Source: an uncultured virus (IMG/VR IMGVR_UViG_3300031857_000104) (taxonomy: Duplodnaviria; Heunggongvirae; Uroviricota; Caudoviricetes). Taken from it: a stretch of 64,000 bases of DNA. The notes below the pieces were generated by a model that had not been told where the DNA came from, did no database searches, and saw only the letters and a list, made by a program, of their open reading frames with translations. The stretch lies in IMG/VR virus record IMGVR_UViG_3300031857_000104; one strand, written 5' to 3'. Position numbers and translations under genes: made by a program. Below are positions 58,685-64,000 of this stretch, one piece after another (the stretch's first letter is position 1; every line of letters starts with the position of its first letter).

Positions 58685-59212
58685 ATGAGAGGTTATTCTA
58701 CAATGTCTGACGAAGAAAGACAACAAATTATTAAACAACATGCACAAGTGTATGATGGATACGCAACAGGTAATGTACCATCTAATATGACACCATTAAC
58801 AGTTTATGACGCCGCAAGAGATAAAGAAGGTGTTACTGTAAATTCTTTTGGTGATGTAAAACATTATACAAATCATAAAATAAATGAAATTGCTGCTAAA
58901 AATTTACATTACGATGAAATTGACCCGGCATATGAATTTGATTCAGGAGGGCCTGGTGATCCTAATTTAGGTTACAATGTTTATAATCAAACAAAACCAG
59001 CATATGATTTTGATTCAAAAGGACCTATAGACCCTTTTTATGGTGGTGGGACGCAAACAGGTTTTGAAGGACATGATGAGGATTCTGACGACGATTTTGA
59101 ATTTGATATGATTGATTTTCAAGACTATATTGAAGGTGAAGATACTGAAAACATAAACGAAAGTGTATATAAAACTTTAGACATGTTTAAACGATTTAAA
59201 AAATATAACTAA
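58685..59212 (+). CDS. leader-tagged acidic protein
   Basis: MSDEERQQIIKQH; internal PAY.FDS.GP.DP repeat; INE sites. Confidence 0.7.
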   Translation: MRGYSTMSDEERQQIIKQHAQVYDGYATGNVPSNMTPLTVYDAARDKEGVTVNSFGDVKHYTNHKINEIAAKNLHYDEIDPAYEFDSGGPGDPNLGYNVYNQTKPAYDFDSKGPIDPFYGGGTQTGFEGHDEDSDDDFEFDMIDFQDYIEGEDTENINESVYKTLDMFKRFKKYN

Positions 59213-59514
59213 TGGAAGTTATTGAAATAATATCACATTATATTGATAAGACCCAAAATTTAATAATTGTTGAGTTTAAAATGCTTGGGGACGATGATGA
59301 TATGATTAGAGAAGATTTTATTGAATACTCTTTTTATGAAGAATTTGGATTTGATAATTCAAAAGATTTTAAAATTTTTGAAGATGTTATGGAAGAAGAT
59401 GAGTGGGAAGACGATCAGTATGATTATATTAATGATGACCATAATCTATTATCTTTTTTAAATGAATATTATATAGTATTTCCTAAAAAAATACCTAAAG
59501 CAGAAATTAAATAA
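59212..59514 (+). CDS. acidic hypothetical protein
   Basis: 100 aa, TAATG overlap. Confidence 0.7.
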   Translation: MEVIEIISHYIDKTQNLIIVEFKMLGDDDDMIREDFIEYSFYEEFGFDNSKDFKIFEDVMEEDEWEDDQYDYINDDHNLLSFLNEYYIVFPKKIPKAEIK

Positions 59515-59517
59515 ATT

Positions 59518-61080
59518 ATGAAATTTATAACAGAAATAAGAAGAATAAAATCTTTAATTAATATTTTTGAAAACACAGAAAAAATAAACTCTACAGCAAT
59601 AATCGGCGATAAAATTGCTTATTATTTAAATAACGATACAGATAATGAATACTCAGAATTAATTGATAATGATATGGATTTTGAGAAGTTATTAAATAAT
59701 GTCTTTAGTTATGATAAAATTAACCCACAAGTAAGTAATGTTTTTATTTCTATTGGATCTAAAGATTTTTTTGATCCTGATTTAGATATTAAAACTTTGG
59801 TTTCTAAATTAGAAGATATTTTTCCAAATGCACAATTTTATTTAATTAAAGGGTATATTGACGCATTAGAGTTTAATTTAGATAAAAATAACAGAGAAAT
59901 GATTGAAGATAATTCTGTTACTTTTTTTAAAATGTTTGCTGCCGATAGAATACCAACAATTGGTAATCACTCAATTATTGGTAACGGTGTTTTAGAAAGA
60001 GGTGAAGAGTTATTAATTGATTTAGAAGAAATTATAGATCAATACAGTGAAGATTTTGAAATAACTAAAATAGAAGATAATAATGAAATAGAAATAAAAA
60101 ATGAGTTTATTGATTTAGATATTGATGATGACACTGATTTTGATACAATATATGAATTTTTATCAAATATTGAAAAAATGATAAAATCAAAAAATGTATA
60201 TAGTATTGATTTAAAAGATAAATATTTAGGTGATGTTGAGTTAATACAAATTGCTTTAAAATTTTTAGAGGTTCCATTTTCTGAATCATTAGAAATTAAT
60301 GGTAAGTTTGACAATAAAACAAAAATGGCAGTAGAACAATACCAAAATTTAAATTCATTAAGTAGGACCGGTATTGTTGATTTTGAGACATTAGAAGAAA
60401 TTTTTTATGATCTAAAAATGAAAAGTTTTGATGATGAAGATTTAGGTAAATTTATGGGTAAATTAGATGTGGAATTAAAAACATATGTACCAGACGATAT
60501 AGATTTAGAAGAATTATGTGATAGAATTATTGATAATATTGAAGGTGGTTATGCAAATGAAGTTCATTTTGCTGATGCTGCAAGTAAGGCCAAAGAAGCC
60601 GATATGAAACAAGCCTTTTTAAATTCAGGCGAAACAATGTTTGGAATCGACAGAAAAAATGGACCAACAATGACTGAATTTTGGGAGTTAGTTGATGAAA
60701 ATAGTGGTTGGGCTGAAGAATCTGCAGACAAAGAAAAATGGTCTCATGGTTATATGGGTGGTGACATTGAAGATGAATTAAGAGAATATGTTTATGAATG
60801 GGCAATACCAACATTTGAAGACTTTAAAAATAAAAAATTAGATTCAGAAGCGAAAAAATTAGTTGAGGAAGATGAACGTATAACCATCCATTTACTTTAC
60901 GCTGTATGGAATGGAATCGTTTTCTTTAATCATTTTGCGAATGTTATTAATTCGGCAGTTTCAGAAGGTATTACAGATAGAGATGAGTTATGGAAAGTGG
61001 CTTTAGATTCAAGAAAAAACCATTCAAATGGTGCGGTTAGAAATAGCGCACCAAAAATAGAAAAAATAGCTAATATGTAA
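59518..61080 (+). CDS. leader-tagged peptidoglycan-binding and GH108-like hydrolase protein
   Basis: MKFITEIRRIKSLINIFE; VELIQIAL...INGKFDNKTKMAVEQYQ...TGIVD (PG-binding); IEGGYAN...SGETMFGI. Confidence 0.7.
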   Translation: MKFITEIRRIKSLINIFENTEKINSTAIIGDKIAYYLNNDTDNEYSELIDNDMDFEKLLNNVFSYDKINPQVSNVFISIGSKDFFDPDLDIKTLVSKLEDIFPNAQFYLIKGYIDALEFNLDKNNREMIEDNSVTFFKMFAADRIPTIGNHSIIGNGVLERGEELLIDLEEIIDQYSEDFEITKIEDNNEIEIKNEFIDLDIDDDTDFDTIYEFLSNIEKMIKSKNVYSIDLKDKYLGDVELIQIALKFLEVPFSESLEINGKFDNKTKMAVEQYQNLNSLSRTGIVDFETLEEIFYDLKMKSFDDEDLGKFMGKLDVELKTYVPDDIDLEELCDRIIDNIEGGYANEVHFADAASKAKEADMKQAFLNSGETMFGIDRKNGPTMTEFWELVDENSGWAEESADKEKWSHGYMGGDIEDELREYVYEWAIPTFEDFKNKKLDSEAKKLVEEDERITIHLLYAVWNGIVFFNHFANVINSAVSEGITDRDELWKVALDSRKNHSNGAVRNSAPKIEKIANM

Positions 61081-61121
61081 TTTATTACTTTTTTTTATTT
61101 AATTGTTGTGTATTTATTTAT

Positions 61122-61424
61122 ATGGATGATTTAAACGAAAATATTAAAAGAATAAAAAAGTTAATGAAGGTTGAATCTGAAATAGATGAGAGTGAGATTA
61201 GCGAAGAAGGTGAAGGTGGTGAATCCACTGGAGGATCTACTGGTGGTTCTGGTTATCCTACAGTTAAAAAACATTCTGACACATATCAAACACAAAGAGG
61301 TAAAGCAAATACCTTAGATATGAAAACAAAATGGGAAAGTGGTTTATCTAGAGGAAAGGCTAATACCTTAGATATGAAAACAAAATGGGAAAGTGGAAGA
61401 ACGATGGGGTCAACAGGACCTTAA
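61122..61424 (+). CDS. leader-tagged small repeat protein
   Basis: MDDLNENIKRIKKLM; RGKANTLDMKTKWESG twice. Confidence 0.75.
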   Translation: MDDLNENIKRIKKLMKVESEIDESEISEEGEGGESTGGSTGGSGYPTVKKHSDTYQTQRGKANTLDMKTKWESGLSRGKANTLDMKTKWESGRTMGSTGP

Positions 61425-61436
61425 AATTTATGTTGT

Positions 61437-64000
61437 ATGAATAATTTAGACGAAACGATAAAAAGAATATTATTAAACATGAATTACGACTCAAGAAAAA
61501 CCTTGAGCGAAAATACATCCGCATTAGAAAAATACGTTTTACTTGAAGATCCAAAAGTTCAAGCACCTATGAGCGAGCTTAATTCGATGAATATGTATCA
61601 AATAATGGCTTTTCAGTATTGGGTTTGGACAAAGGTTGATAAAAATCTTGACACCACACCTGGATTATCTGGTGAATATAATAAAACAAAATATAGTTCT
61701 ATATTATGTAGTCAACCTTGTGCTTCCGTTAAATTTGATATACCTGGTAATACTGAAATTGAAATACCTGGAGCAATTGATGGGGGAATTGGTGAATTGA
61801 CAAAAAAGGCATGGACTACTTATGGAGAATTATATAAAAAATCGTACCCTAATTGGTCAAAACCTTTACCTGAAGATAAATTTTACTTGTGGGTTTTAGG
61901 TAAAACAGCACCTCTTAGTTCAATGCAAGAAATTAAAAATTTTCAAAAATGGTTTTTAGAACATTATGAAAAGAAAAAACCTGATGCAAAAGGTTTGGTT
62001 AGTTCAATGTTATGTTTACCAAATGCTTCATGTACCGTATCACAAGCAGTTGATGGATATTGGGATCATGGTACTAAAAATGCTTGGGTTACTGCCGGTA
62101 CAAAATACAAAACCGAAATTAATACCAAGGCTTGGTATAAAGAAGAAGTTTGGACAGTTGAATTGCAAGCAGAATATGATAAACAACAAGCATTAGTTGA
62201 TGAATCTAATAAACAGAAAAAATCACTATCTAAAATAAAAAGTTTTTATGAAAATCCATCAGGATGGAACGGAGTTGCCGCAAGAGATGGTGAAAACCCA
62301 AGATATACAAACGTAAATGATAGTACGTATTGGAAAGAACAGTCTTATCTGGTCGATTATCTACATAATGGGTGGGGTTGGAATTATAACACTTTAGTTT
62401 ATCCCGCACCTGTAGCATATACTAACAAAGAAATAAATGAAATTTATAGTATTTTAACTCAAAAATTCATACAAAACTATAGGGGAGAATGGGTCGATAG
62501 GGCCACTTTTAATAAAGAAAAAGATGACCTAGAAAAAGAACAGATAAGAATCAACAGTAAAGAACGAGATAATACTAATGTTATTCTTCCTAGAACAAAA
62601 ATAAGAGATGAATTTTTTGGACCAAAACCAACACCCCAAGAAGTTTTGTACGCCGAAGATTTAAAAAGACAAATGTTAAAATTTAATAATGATTTATCAA
62701 AACAATCAACATTAATACCACAATATTGTAAACCTATTATGTTAACAGACGGTATAAAAAATCAATACGGAGATTTTATTCATAGAAAATATATTAGCCC
62801 AAGTGAGATTTGTTTAGAAGCTGGAGGGTTATGGGCATATCAAATTGGGGATAATGTAAAATGTGGTTGTAGAGATCAAACTGCACCAAGTATTAATTAT
62901 CCTATAATCACTAACGTAAGATATATAAATTATGTTAAAAATACTATTGATATTGTTCCTCAAACTTTACCAGAAGCTAAAGTTATATTAGGATTCCAAA
63001 CTGAGGCAAGAAAACCTTTTGACCCTGAAGACATAAAAGATTGGGCAAAACTTGTGACTGAGGTCACAATGCCACTAACATTTGTGGTTATTCTTGCGGC
63101 ACCATTGTTAGGTGTTGGTGCGTTGACTGCTGAAGCAATTTTATTGAGTTTTGATTTGGCTGACGCCGTCGCTTACATGATTTTAGGTGACCCATATGCT
63201 GTAGGACTCTCTTTAACTGCCGGAATTATCGGATCACCTAACCTAATAAAACAAATACCTTCAATTGGTAAATTTACAAATGGTGACGCCGGATCAATGA
63301 AAGAATTTATTAAGAAATTTTCTGACTTTTTGGAATCAAAGGGAGCCAAATTTTCCGAAATGTCTACGGTCGCTAAAGAAATTATTGAAAACAGTACAGC
63401 AATTAAAGCACTAGTAAATACTAATTTTGCCAAAAAAATAAAACCAACTGTAAAACTTGCAAAGAATGCGGTTGAAAGTGCAAAACACCAAACAAAATTA
63501 ATTAAACATGTTATTGGTATGAGTGCAGAATCTTATGGTGATTTTATTAAATTTGTTTTATTTACAAAAAATGCACCTATTAGTATTTTTAGAAATTTAG
63601 TTTTAAATTTTGTGGCACCATTTATCACATGGGACGTATTAGCATATAATTTAGGTTTTTGTAGAAAAATGGATATGAGTGAAGTTGAAAAAATGTATAA
63701 TGAGGCAGTAAAAATTGAAAATAAAATGGCTAAATCAAACATAAGGACATTAGTTAAAAATGAATATGGGAATCTTGTTGTTTCAGATTTATCGCCTTTA
63801 CAATTGACTGAAGAAGATAAAAAAATACTTGATTCTAAACCTTGGAAACTTTTTGTTTATTTTGCAAATACTATAGATAAACTACAAATGTTTACAAATA
63901 CCTGTGAAGGTCTTAAATCTTTAGAAAAGGTTAAAGAATTAATGAAACAACAGGGAACCGATGTCATAAGTAAACAATTAGATGAACTAATTGGTAGTTT
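61437..64000 (+). CDS. large leader-tagged protein, 3'-partial
   Basis: MNNLDETIKRILLNMNYDSRKTLSE; apparently open to the window end (frame checked at start, middle and end); two FQ.W...A.DG...TK.AW repeats; hydrophobic block near 63070-63230. Confidence 0.75.
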   Translation, partial: MNNLDETIKRILLNMNYDSRKTLSENTSALEKYVLLEDPKVQAPMSELNSMNMYQIMAFQYWVWTKVDKNLDTTPGLSGEYNKTKYSSILCSQPCASVKFDIPGNTEIEIPGAIDGGIGELTKKAWTTYGELYKKSYPNWSKPLPEDKFYLWVLGKTAPLSSMQEIKNFQKWFLEHYEKKKPDAKGLVSSMLCLPNASCTVSQAVDGYWDHGTKNAWVTAGTKYKTEINTKAWYKEEVWTVELQAEYDKQQALVDESNKQKKSLSKIKSFYENPSGWNGVAARDGENPRYTNVNDSTYWKEQSYLVDYLHNGWGWNYNTLVYPAPVAYTNKEINEIYSILTQKFIQNYRGEWVDRATFNKEKDDLEKEQIRINSKERDNTNVILPRTKIRDEFFGPKPTPQEVLYAEDLKRQMLKFNNDLSKQSTLIPQYCKPIMLTDGIKNQYGDFIHRKYISPSEICLEAGGLWAYQIGDNVKCGCRDQTAPSINYPIITNVRYINYVKNTIDIVPQTLPEAKVILGFQTEARKPFDPEDIKDWAKLVTEVTMPLTFVVILAAPLLGVGALTAEAILLSFDLADAVAYMILGDPYAVGLSLTAGIIGSPNLIKQIPSIGKFTNGDAGSMKEFIKKFSDFLESKGAKFSEMSTVAKEIIENSTAIKALVNTNFAKKIKPTVKLAKNAVESAKHQTKLIKHVIGMSAESYGDFIKFVLFTKNAPISIFRNLVLNFVAPFITWDVLAYNLGFCRKMDMSEVEKMYNEAVKIENKMAKSNIRTLVKNEYGNLVVSDLSPLQLTEEDKKILDSKPWKLFVYFANTIDKLQMFTNTCEGLKSLEKVKELMKQQGTDVISKQLDELIGS

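Noticed and set aside
664..60814. Numerous 60-130 aa antisense or alternate-frame ORFs (e.g. 664, 5753, 8065, 37803, 43883, 60039)
   Set aside because: They overlap better-supported genes and lack upstream motifs or family signatures
10740..61424. Leaders as Sec or lipoprotein signal peptides
   Set aside because: They are charged and amphipathic with no hydrophobic core, unlike the true signals at 54831, 56125 and 56864
61360..63742. Short ORF-track entries at 61360, 61966, 62230, 63173 and 63533
   Set aside because: Shadow ORFs overlapping the long 61437 reading frame
1..64000. Stop-codon reassignment, as seen in some large phages
   Set aside because: ORFs tile densely under code 11, and TAA, TAG and TGA all end genes at tight junctions

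Overview
Gene-dense, very AT-rich 64 kb segment of a large (jumbo-type) tailed phage, read with the standard genetic code. The host is probably Bacteroidota: there are repeated TAnnTTTG host-type promoters and a T9SS type-B sorting-domain gene. No capsid, terminase, polymerase, tRNA or CRISPR array was recognised. 1-10 kb is an early-type block: Dam-like methyltransferase, RNA ligase, cyclic-phosphate receiver, three HAD phosphatases, AAA ATPase, and a DIP1984-like gene followed by a candidate structured RNA. From 10.7 kb to the end, about 40 otherwise unrelated ORFs share a few short N-terminal leaders that end in (I/L)-x-E (MKIIITESQY..L.E, MKRIVRLTESDLTRIVKRVI.E, MNLQEQISRIKSMM, MNLQEHIRKVLREE, ITESERNRILGMH). 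Genes that start a unit are preceded by a TATTTAT motif and often by a terminator. The cargo behind the leaders includes lysozyme, M23/VanY peptidase, GH108-like hydrolase, PAP2 phosphatase, metallopeptidase, and ParB-like, nuclease-like and ART-like domains. My main hypothesis is a modular library of capsid-targeted, prohead-protease-processed cargo proteins shuffled by recombination at the leader DNA; a duplicated leader and an orphan leader are visible as scars. A 1.5 kb non-coding region at 33.45-34.95 kb has origin- or operator-like dyads and a DnaA-box match. Family names come from motif recognition by eye, not database searches.
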